Of a stretch of 64,000 nucleotides of DNA, positions 11,934 through 21,202 are shown one piece after another. Below the pieces are notes generated by a model. The model made no database searches and was not told where the DNA came from. It saw nothing but the letters and a program-made list of their open reading frames with translations. A program made the position numbers and the translations under genes. Source of the stretch: Schizochytrium sp. TIO01. Its lineage: Eukaryota; Protista; Bigyra: Labyrinthulomycetes. The DNA is taken from assembly GCA_004764695.1 (NCBI GenBank), contig SMSO01000036.1:1302001-1366000 (forward strand). Direction: 5' to 3'. How positions within the stretch are numbered: the first letter of the stretch is position 1; every line of letters begins with the position of its first letter.

Positions 11934-12404
11934 AGAAAAGACAACTATCCGGCTATGCAATAAAAACTTAATACACTCCTTCTTCTCCAGCAACACATTA
12001 TGTTTGTGGAAAGAGGTGTTGTTTAACACTATTTGAAGCAGCGAAACTTTAAAGTTTCATTTAGAAAAATAAAATAAAAATCTCAACACTTGCCTAAATT
12101 CAAGTGCACGTTCTTGCTTTATTTTAGCTCAGAAGGATGGTACTTGTTGATGCTCTTGAAAGGGTCCGCTTCAACTCGATTGTGGTATGATCTTTAATTT
12201 TGTTACATTTTTGAAAATAACAGAATGGTTCAAAGAAAGCAAAATTCAATGGCATTGAGTTTTAGATGTTCCTAAGTATAAACATAACAGTTGCTTCTAA
12301 TCATTGTTCGATAGAACAGGACCTTGCAACATTTTCTTGTGTAGTCCACAAAACCTGAATAATTTTAGTCTTAGTTATCATCGTTATCATCGTTATAAGA
12401 ACAA

Positions 12405-12414
12405 GAACAACAAG

Positions 12415-12449
<35 letters not shown>
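12405..12449. repeat. (AAC)n microsatellite, intergenic
   Basis: Run of aacaacaac between the convergent CPSF1 and SRPRA genes. Confidence 0.9.
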
Positions 12450-13047
12450 AAGTAAAAAAGTTTGAAAAAATAATAATAATCAGAAGCAGCAGCAGTAGCA
12501 ATGCCATGTCAACAATAACGCAAACTTTGAACTCAAGCATGAAACTTGAAGAACAATGGGCTTTCTATTATATCTGTTAAAAAATTCACTATGGGTAGGA
12601 GGCATTGATCACGGGATCCAGCAAGAAGTCACGGAGTTTGCTCACACTTCGAATGACAGACATCACTAATGAACCCAGAATGAGAACAACCTTTTCGTCT
12701 GAAAGATTTGATGCTTCTCAAATAACATTCGCAAATTCATGCCTTGAACACATCCAGACTCAGCATAGCTGCTACAATGACTGGAAACATAGATTTCTTT
12801 ATTCATTTTGCATAACCTCCCACTAGTTTTTCTCGAGTCTGAGATGAGTGTGCTAATTTCTCCCGTACAAGCTGGAATGGGAGATTTCAACATGTCCAGG
12901 TTACGTCGAGTGTCGTATAAAGAAAATTACTAGGTTCAGCATATATAATGAGTTTCATAGGTTTATTGACTAAGGACTACTATTACCCACTTGGAGTCAG
13001 AAATTATGCACACAAGAAGATCATTCTAATGTTCTTTTTATTTGAAG

Positions 13048-14781
13048 TTATTGCAACAAGACGCGGACCACCTTTTTGGCATTGAGTTTGTTAATGTTGG
13101 TGTATTTTTGGCCGGTACCAACAAAAATAATGGGTTGTCCAGTAGCATGAACAAGAGAGACAGCACCGCCAACCTTGTCACCGATAGTATCAAATTTGGT
13201 CATAATCATGCCGTCGATGGTGCGGGGTACAGATGTTTCAGAAAAGTCCTTCAAAGCCTTATCGAAATGCACAAGCTGGTCCGTAGCATCGTTTCCTGCA
13301 AGAGCCTCAACAACTTGCACGCAGAGATCGGGCTTAGTTTTGGCCACAAGTTTGGTCAAAGATCTCATCAACGGTTCGTTATTCTGCATGCGACCAGCAG
13401 TGTCAATGAGCACCACATCGACGCCTGTTTCATTTGCTTGTTTAATACCATTGACAGCAACTGAAGCCGCATCTTTGTTGTAGCCTGACTCGTAAATAGG
13501 AACGTCGAGGTTTTTAGCATGCACTTTCAACTGCTCGATAGCTCCAGAACGGAAAGTATCACAAGCACACAGCATGACCTTGAGACCATTGTTTTTCAAA
13601 TAGTAACAAACCTTACTCAAACTCGTCGATTTACCTACACCATTAACACCGATGAATACCATTGTATAAACCCGGCCCTCTGCCTTAGCAGCGCGTGCTT
13701 CGCGCAAAACATCGATACTCCTTTTTGGTGCTAAAAGGCGCTGCAAAGCTTTTTCGCAGGACTCCTTAACAGCAGTCGAGATCCCACGTGTCATACTTCC
13801 CAATTTCTGACCCTCGAGATCATGCATAACAGCCTCGCAAATCTCCCGTGCAGCAACTGCAGACACGTTTGAAGCTTGGAGTTTCCTCTCCATCGTTTCC
13901 AAAGGCTCTGCAAGATCCTCGCGGGATAGAGGTTTTTGGCCAGTGAGACGCTGAAAGAAGCTTCCCACAGCGGACGCACCAAAGTTCCAGCCACCATCAT
14001 CGTCCTCCTCATCGTCCTCTTCATCTTTGTCCAAGTCAGCTTTTTCATCTTCAATATCCGGAAGGTAAACCTTGGCCTTTTGCATTTCAGACTCCTCAAT
14101 GTCCTGTTCGCTGATAGTGTTATTGATGCCCGTTACATCGAGAGCATTCAACTCCTCTTCAGTAATATCGGCCTTTTCATTCCACGCACGTTTTGCCTTC
14201 GTGTTATTGTTGCTCTTGCTACCTTTAGAGGCGGTTGCACCTTTGCGACCCTGGTATTCGCGAGGACCACCACGACGGGATGACTTAAATTGCGCAAACT
14301 CATCGTCACCATCTGCCTTGGTGCTGCCGTCTTCTTTCTTGGCAGAGCCAGTTTTTGAGTCTCCATTCGCAGAAGAACCCTTTCCGCCACCAGGAGCAGC
14401 TTTGCGGGGTTTGCGACCAGCCTCTTCAGCTTCGAAGAGGAGTTTATCAAATTTGAGGGCAAAGTCGAGGGGGGCAGACGCGTCCTCAAGGTCATCCTTA
14501 TGGGCTTCAGGAAAGGCCACTGCCACAGCGTCGAGAAGGTCGTCAACGTAGTTGAGCGCGAGAGAACGTTGGTAAATTGCGGCACATACGACACCGATCT
14601 TGTTGATGAGTTTCCATTTGATGGCATACGACCCGAACGAGAATAGGGAGTCCGTGGTGGATCTGTTCTCCAAAAGCACTGTGCGGATGAGGGCATCAAC
14701 GGGGTCGCCCTTGAGTTTAGCCAACTCGTACTTGTACAGCACGAGGCCCGTTTTGGAAAAGATCACGAAGACGTCCAGCAT
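13048..14781 (-). CDS. SRPRA: Signal recognition particle receptor subunit alpha
   Basis: N-terminal SRX domain (MLD.F.IFSKTGLVLY) and an NG GTPase domain with GVNGVGKSTSLSK, ACDTFRSGAIEQL, DTAGRMQNNEPLM, TKFDT, GTGQKY. Confidence 0.97.
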   Translation of the reverse strand: MLDVFVIFSKTGLVLYKYELAKLKGDPVDALIRTVLLENRSTTDSLFSFGSYAIKWKLINKIGVVCAAIYQRSLALNYVDDLLDAVAVAFPEAHKDDLEDASAPLDFALKFDKLLFEAEEAGRKPRKAAPGGGKGSSANGDSKTGSAKKEDGSTKADGDDEFAQFKSSRRGGPREYQGRKGATASKGSKSNNNTKAKRAWNEKADITEEELNALDVTGINNTISEQDIEESEMQKAKVYLPDIEDEKADLDKDEEDDEEDDDGGWNFGASAVGSFFQRLTGQKPLSREDLAEPLETMERKLQASNVSAVAAREICEAVMHDLEGQKLGSMTRGISTAVKESCEKALQRLLAPKRSIDVLREARAAKAEGRVYTMVFIGVNGVGKSTSLSKVCYYLKNNGLKVMLCACDTFRSGAIEQLKVHAKNLDVPIYESGYNKDAASVAVNGIKQANETGVDVVLIDTAGRMQNNEPLMRSLTKLVAKTKPDLCVQVVEALAGNDATDQLVHFDKALKDFSETSVPRTIDGMIMTKFDTIGDKVGGAVSLVHATGQPIIFVGTGQKYTNINKLNAKKVVRVLLQ

Positions 14782-15280
14782 TCTGGCTGCAACGAAGTCA
14801 AGACGTTACAGCTGAAACGCAGCAGTCCAAACTTGCTTTTGACCTGCACGCGGCCGGATTCGCAGCTTCTGCTTTCAGGGTTTGCACAGCTTAGAAATTC
14901 ACGATTTTCATCAACTCAATGTACAAAGACTATATAAATGAATGAGTTATTCTCGATTTACACCTCCAGACTGGACTCACTGTCTGTGCACTTTGTTTCA
15001 CTTTAGGATCCTATAACCTACTGTATAAAACACCTACACTATACAGTGCGCGGATCTATACCCTACTTGTCACCTCAAGGGCTCGTGCGCGGTAAGAACC
15101 ATTCCCCATAGTATAGGCTAATAATTTCCTATTGTAGTGAAGTAAATGTTTGACTTGTGCTTCGCTATAGTGTATTTACAACCGTCCACGTATAACTCAC
15201 TTGTGCGATGGTTAGGGAGGTCGTTGCAACCTGAAGGGTTTTTTCCTGCAAACTGTGATTGAGACACAGGAGCTATCAGG

Positions 15281-16509
15281 ATGAACGTTGCACAAAGGCC
15301 GCCAGAGGGTGCTTCAATTGGCCCCCTCTCGGCCTCAAGGGCGCCCCAAAAACGTCTTGGTATAATGGTAAGTGTCCTGAAAAGCAGGTCAGAGTTTGGC
15401 TTCGCTGATGGGAGGATGGCACAACTTTATTTTTGTATTTTCAATACCGAGTTTTTTCAAGAATTCGAAGACTGACATTTGCATTTTGGGTGCGGCGAGT
15501 ATGCGCAGCTTGTGGGGATCGATGGAATTGGCAAGCGTGATCTAGGAGACTCGATTGTCGAGGCCTCCAAGGCCCGTGATGTGGAACTTGACGTGTAAGT
15601 TCTACGTGGCATTCTTCGCCACTAATGGTTGCTGATCTTGTGCGCTAACTCTTATCCGTCTGGAGTCTGCTGCCATGAAACAGGTTTACATTCAGTGGAC
15701 TACCTTTGAAGGAGGCTTTTGAGCGTCGGGTTGATCACATTGTATTTATGGTAGATATGACAAGTAAATTAAGTTTACAACGAGTCGCGGAATCTGTTGC
15801 CTACGTTGATTGTGACTTTTCTCTAGCACGAGCAAGTGTGGTAGTAATTAACTGTATGTTGAACTAGGCATTGTAGAACAGAAAGGTTTGAGCCTTGGTC
15901 TAATCGCTATTGATTTATTTGGCCCTACAGTTTAGAAATCTGACATGTGATTGCCGTGCCCTTTTCATAAATGCTTTTTGTTGCGCTCTCAAACCACAGC
16001 CGATACCCCTGCACGTTTTAGCTTTGCCATTGGTACGTGAATCACTCAAACTGTCCTTGAACGCGGCTGTGGTGCCCGCTCTTTTCATGTAGATTAATTC
16101 ACTCGAAGCATTCTTATTGCTGAAGGAAGGGAGAGAAGAAGATGGCTGACATTACTTAAACATCGAACTTTGTTGCGGATTCGAAAGATGAAGTGCTTAA
16201 TTTCTGCGATCTTTACGGTACCTTTATTCACTACTGCACTCTTGAGGATGCAGACTCACTTGTAAGTGTCAGTTTTTTCACGGGTTTCTACAGGTTTGGT
16301 GATAAAAATGAGAAGCTAGAGAATTGCTGTTATTGGACATTTTTTGTTCATAATTCACGCTTGGTTTACTAACTGGATTCTTCTCGCATCATTATGACTG
16401 AAAAAAACATAATGTGTAGTCAGCAACTGGTGCTGCACTTGTCCAAGCCAGTGAACAGGTTCGTCGTCCAAGGGGGCTGAGCCCAATGTTTTCTACTCTG
16501 CTGTTCTAA
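15281..16509 (+). CDS. CENPM: Centromere protein M (CENP-M), six exons, 179 aa
   Basis: Exons 15281-15367, 15509-15594, 15684-15853, 16000-16032, 16188-16261 and 16420-16509 total 540 nt. All five introns are GT..AG (GTAAGT/GTATGT/GTACGT donors, CTRAC branch points) with consistent phases. Product: ...GIMLVGIDGIGKRDLGDSIVEASKARDVELDVFTFSGLPLKEAFERRVDHIVFMVDMTSKLSLQRVAESVAYVDCDFSLARASVVVINSDTPARFSFAIDEVLNFCDLYGTFIHYCTLEDADSLSATGAALVQASEQVRRPRGLSPMFSTLLF*. It aligns by eye with human CENP-M (ILLVG; [44 protein letters not shown]; PGVS). Confidence 0.88.
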
Positions 16510-16768
16510 TTATTCATTAGCGAGGAGGGGCGGGTGACAGTAAGATTTTGATTGATTACACTATACTATTACCTACTTCACCATCCATGTACATACACCG
16601 GGTCGCAAAGGAAAGTGGTCCATTAATCAGACGCTTTTTTGTTGCAATAGGATTGCTAATAGATATCGTGATTCTAATTTCCTAAATGAATTTCAACTAT
16701 CTCAGTCTAGTTGGTACCGGACTTTAATTGTCATCTTTGACACTATAGGCGACTGATTCAGTGAAAGC

Positions 16769-18442
16769 CTATTTCGGATTCCCGCCCTTAGTCTTGATCC
16801 GCACAGGCGGGAGTTTGTCGAGAGCAGCTTGCCAACGTTTGCCAAAGCCTCGTCCAAAGGGATCGTCTTCTGTAAGGGGGCGCAAAGCAAAGCGTTGGTT
16901 AAGGACAAGGTAGTGATTGCGATTTCCAAATCCAGGACGCTTCTTCGTTGCCTGCTTAACCACAATACAAGCATCTAATGGTCGATCTTCGTGGCCCTCA
17001 CCTTGTGTGGCCTGGAAAAAACTATCCCAGTAACCGAAGTGCACCAGCTCAGACTTGGCAACGGTAAAAATGTAGGCTTGCTGTTGGTCGCTAAAGAATT
17101 TCAAGTTTCGCAACGCCTCAGGGGGCAGAGGCAAATGTTCGTGACTGTGGGTCTCAGGATTAGAAGGAGAATCCTGCGCACCATCAGTGCTTGAAGTTTT
17201 CGTCTTATCATCGGAGTCACCTTCATCGTTGTCTACATCCATTGGTGCAGTACGAAAACTATCTTTTTCTTTGCTTTTGTGGTCCCGGGGTGCGTAGACA
17301 CCCAGGCCTTCCGCCGCGGCTCCGCAGGTTTCTCTAATAATTTCCTCCAGATCGTCAGCATCAAGGCCTTCCGCTTGATATAAAAACTCGGCAATCTTAC
17401 GCATCGAGGCTTCGCGATGGTAAATAATATCCTCGTAGCGGATAAGAAGTATGGGTACATTGAGCTTGATTTGTTCGCTAAGCCAATGTGCATGGAATTG
17501 CTTCCATACAGAAATCTCCTCCCGCACAAAGGTATCCCAAATATCAGCATACTTAATAAATTCATCATCTTCGATGGTATGCGTATGAGTCTGAGTGAGT
17601 ACCATGTTAAAATATGAGACAATTGCATCAAATGGGTTTCTGACAATGAGCACTGCTCGACCTGCAGTCATGCCACACCTTCCCAGGCGTTCGGGAAAGT
17701 GAGTTTTGACCGCAAATACCAAATCTTTCACAAAGCCTTCCCCCATCATGCCAGCTTGCACAAGCTGTTTATTCAGTGGTCTCAGCGGGTCGCAATCACT
17801 GCCCGTGTAAATCTTGGTGATTCTCTCCACAATGCTGCGCATCAGCGAATTTCCAGATCTCGGGTAGCTTGCCAGTGCAACCCTCTGTGAAGGCTTTGTG
17901 CGTGGGTCATCAGCAGCCAGAAATCCTACACGATGCGATCTTTTTGGTGCCAAACCATTTTCCACAGCATCTCTCTGAGCCATAAGGCATGCGTCAATTT
18001 CGGCTTTTCGTGCTTCATACCTCTCGCGAGCATCTTGTTCTACGCTTTGATCTCCATTTGGGTCCTCGATAGCCTCAGCGGTTTCGATGACGTTGTCTTG
18101 GGTTTTCTTTGAGTCTCTGCTAGCGTCAGAATCTCTCCCCATGATATCTACAACGACGCCTGCTAGTTTAGCCTCCTTAAGGGCCTGTTCCACCTCAAGC
18201 TCCAGCTGCTGTTCATGAGCGATAAGTTCTCGCACACTCGCTGCAGCTGCTTCGACAGCTCTCTGGGCAATTCGTCTACGTTGCTGGGCCGCCATAAGTA
18301 CCTCTCGTTTGGCCTGAAGTATCTTCTCAGCGTTCTCGACAGCATTCACGCTGACAGCGTTGCCGACATGGGCAATTCCTTGCTCAGCAAGGCCGTTCGC
18401 AGACTCCGTATCGCAGTCATCAGCGGTGATATCACCACTCAT
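16769..18442 (-). CDS. Sulfotransferase-domain protein (WSCD-like) with N-terminal coiled coil
   Basis: 5'-PSB motif ALASYPRSGNSLMR, KTHFP, 3'-PB motif RNPFDAIVSYFN, RYED. First ATG at 18442; a possible splice acceptor near 18464 means the true start may lie upstream. Confidence 0.85.
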   Translation of the reverse strand: MSGDITADDCDTESANGLAEQGIAHVGNAVSVNAVENAEKILQAKREVLMAAQQRRRIAQRAVEAAAASVRELIAHEQQLELEVEQALKEAKLAGVVVDIMGRDSDASRDSKKTQDNVIETAEAIEDPNGDQSVEQDARERYEARKAEIDACLMAQRDAVENGLAPKRSHRVGFLAADDPRTKPSQRVALASYPRSGNSLMRSIVERITKIYTGSDCDPLRPLNKQLVQAGMMGEGFVKDLVFAVKTHFPERLGRCGMTAGRAVLIVRNPFDAIVSYFNMVLTQTHTHTIEDDEFIKYADIWDTFVREEISVWKQFHAHWLSEQIKLNVPILLIRYEDIIYHREASMRKIAEFLYQAEGLDADDLEEIIRETCGAAAEGLGVYAPRDHKSKEKDSFRTAPMDVDNDEGDSDDKTKTSSTDGAQDSPSNPETHSHEHLPLPPEALRNLKFFSDQQQAYIFTVAKSELVHFGYWDSFFQATQGEGHEDRPLDACIVVKQATKKRPGFGNRNHYLVLNQRFALRPLTEDDPFGRGFGKRWQAALDKLPPVRIKTKGGNPK

Positions 18443-18570
18443 GATTCCCCGAAGAAGCAACGTCTATGGGTTTAAAAAATGAGAGTTGCGATCGACTCCT
18501 GCGCCGGGCACCTCTCTGGCACACGAGTTCGCGCACTGCTATTCTCAAACATTCACACAAGCAATTCTGT

Positions 18571-18599
18571 TCATTCATTCATTCATTCATTCATTCATT
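18571..18599. repeat. (TTCA)n microsatellite in the divergent intergenic region
   Basis: ttcattcattcattcattcattcattcatt. Confidence 0.85.
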
Positions 18600-18621
18600 A
18601 TTTTGTGGTTCCAGGAGGCAG

Positions 18622-18672
18622 AATTTAGGACGCCTACACTCCAATTTAGGACACCAACTAATTTAGGACGCC
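18622..18672. repeat. Three direct copies of AATTTAGGAC(G/A)CC
   Basis: Copies at 18622-18634, 18643-18655 and 18660-18672. Confidence 0.8.
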
Positions 18673-19068
18673 TGTTCTGTCAAGATGAATTGCTAGTACG
18701 AGAAGGCACCTATGACCAATGGCCCATATCTTTCTCTCGCCATCGATCCAAATGGCTCGGCATTTCCACGAGTCAAAATAGCTCAACATTCCCATCCGAG
18801 GAGCCCTAGCCTGAGAATCATGACTCCTACTTCTAACCCAACCAACTCCAGGAACTGGAATCGACGTTTTGATGCAACCAACAGTATTAGTAATGTAGTC
18901 TGATTTAGAAAATAAAAAATGAATAACTTTTATTTTTTTGAGATCACGATTGCCGTAGTGCTCGATCTGTATTTTGTTTCTACTGCAAAGCTTGAACGAG
19001 GTCTTGGGCGGCCCTCGTAGGTCGGTTTGCACTGGTCTGCGTCGCGTTGGTCTTGCGTTCTATCTAAA

Positions 19069-20175
19069 ATGACTTCCGGGTTGGCATCGACTCCGTCTTC
19101 ATCGGCCTCACTGGCTGTGCCTGGTGTTGTGGCGCTTGGCATTGAGGGTTCGGCTAACAAGGTCGGCGTGGGCATTGTGCGTTACGTCGGCAACGGAAAG
19201 AACTCTTTCGGTGACGGTGGTGACTTTGAGATCCTTTCAAACCCGCGAAAGACCTACGTTCCTCCAGCTGGCCAGGGATTTCTTCCTCGCGACACGGCGT
19301 GGCATCATCAAGCTCATGTTGTACCTCTTGTGCGAGCTGCTCTCGCCGAAGCTGGTCTCAAGCCATCTGACGTGAGCTGCATCTGCTTTACAAAAGGCCC
19401 TGGCATGGGCGCACCTCTCTCCAGCTGTGCTGTAGCTGCTCGAACCCTTTCCCTGCTCTGGCAAAAACCTTTAATTGGCGTCAATCATTGCGTGGGCCAT
19501 ATCGAAATGGCACGTGCAATCTCTCGCGCTGAGAATCCTATTTCCCTCTACGTCTCTGGAGGTAACACTCAGGTCATTGCGTTTTCCGCTCAAAGATATC
19601 AGATTATGGGCGAGACCATCGACCTTCCGCTTGGCAATGCTCTCGACAGGTTTGCACGGGTTTTAGGGCTCTCTAATGCGCCTTCTCCAGGATATAATAT
19701 CGAACAGCTTGCGAAGAAAGGATCCAAGTTTTTGCAGCTCCCATATACTGTGAAAGGCATGGACATGAGCTTTAGTGGTATTCTTTCGGCAGTTACAAAG
19801 CTGGCAAAGAATCTTGAAGGTGCAGATTATACGGAGGCAGATTTGGCATTCACCCTGCAAGAAACTGTTTTTGCGATGCTAGTGGAGGTCACGGAGAGAG
19901 CCATGGCTCACTGCAGGTCAAATGAAGTGATCATCGTTGGTGGAGTTGGTTGTAATGTGCGTCTACAGGAAATGATGCAATCCATGTGCGAGGCACGCGG
20001 CGCCAAGATGTACGGAATGGATATGAGGTTCTGCATTGATAATGGGGCCATGATTGCTCAGGCAGGTATCTTGCAATATATGGCAGGAGACAATTTCGAG
20101 CTCAAGGATACAGTCTGTACGCAGAGATTCCGTACGGATGAGGTGCTTGCCACATGGCGCACACCTCTTCAGTGA
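19069..20175 (+). CDS. OSGEP: tRNA N6-adenosine threonylcarbamoyltransferase KAE1/OSGEP
   Basis: [79 protein letters not shown]. First ATG at 19069. Confidence 0.97.
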   Translation: MTSGLASTPSSSASLAVPGVVALGIEGSANKVGVGIVRYVGNGKNSFGDGGDFEILSNPRKTYVPPAGQGFLPRDTAWHHQAHVVPLVRAALAEAGLKPSDVSCICFTKGPGMGAPLSSCAVAARTLSLLWQKPLIGVNHCVGHIEMARAISRAENPISLYVSGGNTQVIAFSAQRYQIMGETIDLPLGNALDRFARVLGLSNAPSPGYNIEQLAKKGSKFLQLPYTVKGMDMSFSGILSAVTKLAKNLEGADYTEADLAFTLQETVFAMLVEVTERAMAHCRSNEVIIVGGVGCNVRLQEMMQSMCEARGAKMYGMDMRFCIDNGAMIAQAGILQYMAGDNFELKDTVCTQRFRTDEVLATWRTPLQ

Positions 20176-20908
20176 GAACGCTCACCAAAATTGGTAGCTT
20201 CTCTCTAGACCTTGCATTTATCTATAACATTTCCTTGGCATCTGGAGTCCTCTAGGGAGGAGCTGGTGGCTGTGTTTATCCCTTTTGAGGATCGCACCAA
20301 CCTTGATTCTATCTTTTTTGTTGTTGAAACGGAGGTGCCGTGTAACGAACAGAGGTGTTGGGTTGGGTGCAGTAGGGTATCTCCTAGTGGATAAGTTTGT
20401 GAATCAGGCACGATCTTCAAAACAAGAAAGAATAGAATTTTGCTCGCTCGTCGTGTCCTTTGTTGCTCAGTAACATTGAGAAAACATGATATGACTGACC
20501 ACCAATTCCGAATAAGCTGATGTCCTCGTTTGAATCAGCATGGCTTACTCTGTTCGTAGGTGAATCTACTTTTACATTAGGCAAATTGCATCAGAAAACT
20601 GATTAATTACTACACAACTTAACGCTCTTTTATGATGCCTCGGTTCCTGCAATCAGATAAAATACCTTCTGACAATGTATCGAGTAGTTTTGGAATACGA
20701 AACTTTGCTCAGTAGTGAAATTATGTTAGTGAAGTCGTAATATAGTCTGCCGTTTGGCTTAGTTTGGCTCACTTCTATTCGGGACTAAATTTGCCGGACT
20801 TTAATTTTGATTTTTCAAGCTTAAAACTAAAAACTCATGTCTTATGAATAAATATAATTTGTTGTATATGCATGTACATGTGAAAACCCTGCAGTATGCA
20901 TGGCCCAA

Positions 20909-21202
20909 CTATTCGGCCCACTCAGCAAGATCTGCTAGAAGTTTATCTTTCTCTGTCATCAATTTGTCATTTTGCAGTATAAGTAGTTGAGCAAGATCTT
21001 GTGCATCGACGAGTTCCTCCTCAAGTTCTTGAATTCGAAGCCTAAGAGAGGCTATATTATCGGCTTTGCTCAACATTTCGTCTGTACTTCCTTCATGGAC
21101 TGTACCCCATGCTAAAATGATGTCATGGGCCGGTACTGTAGGAGGAATAGACTCCCCCCCGCGAACGCCAGTGCAATTATCCTTGTCACAGACGCATCCC
21201 AT
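20909..21202 (-). CDS. Small hypothetical coiled-coil protein with an MGCVC N-terminus (possible myristoylation/palmitoylation)
   Basis: 97-aa ATG ORF with a heptad-like C-terminal half (LRLRIQELEEELVDAQDLAQLL). Confidence 0.45.
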   Translation of the reverse strand: MGCVCDKDNCTGVRGGESIPPTVPAHDIILAWGTVHEGSTDEMLSKADNIASLRLRIQELEEELVDAQDLAQLLILQNDKLMTEKDKLLADLAEWAE

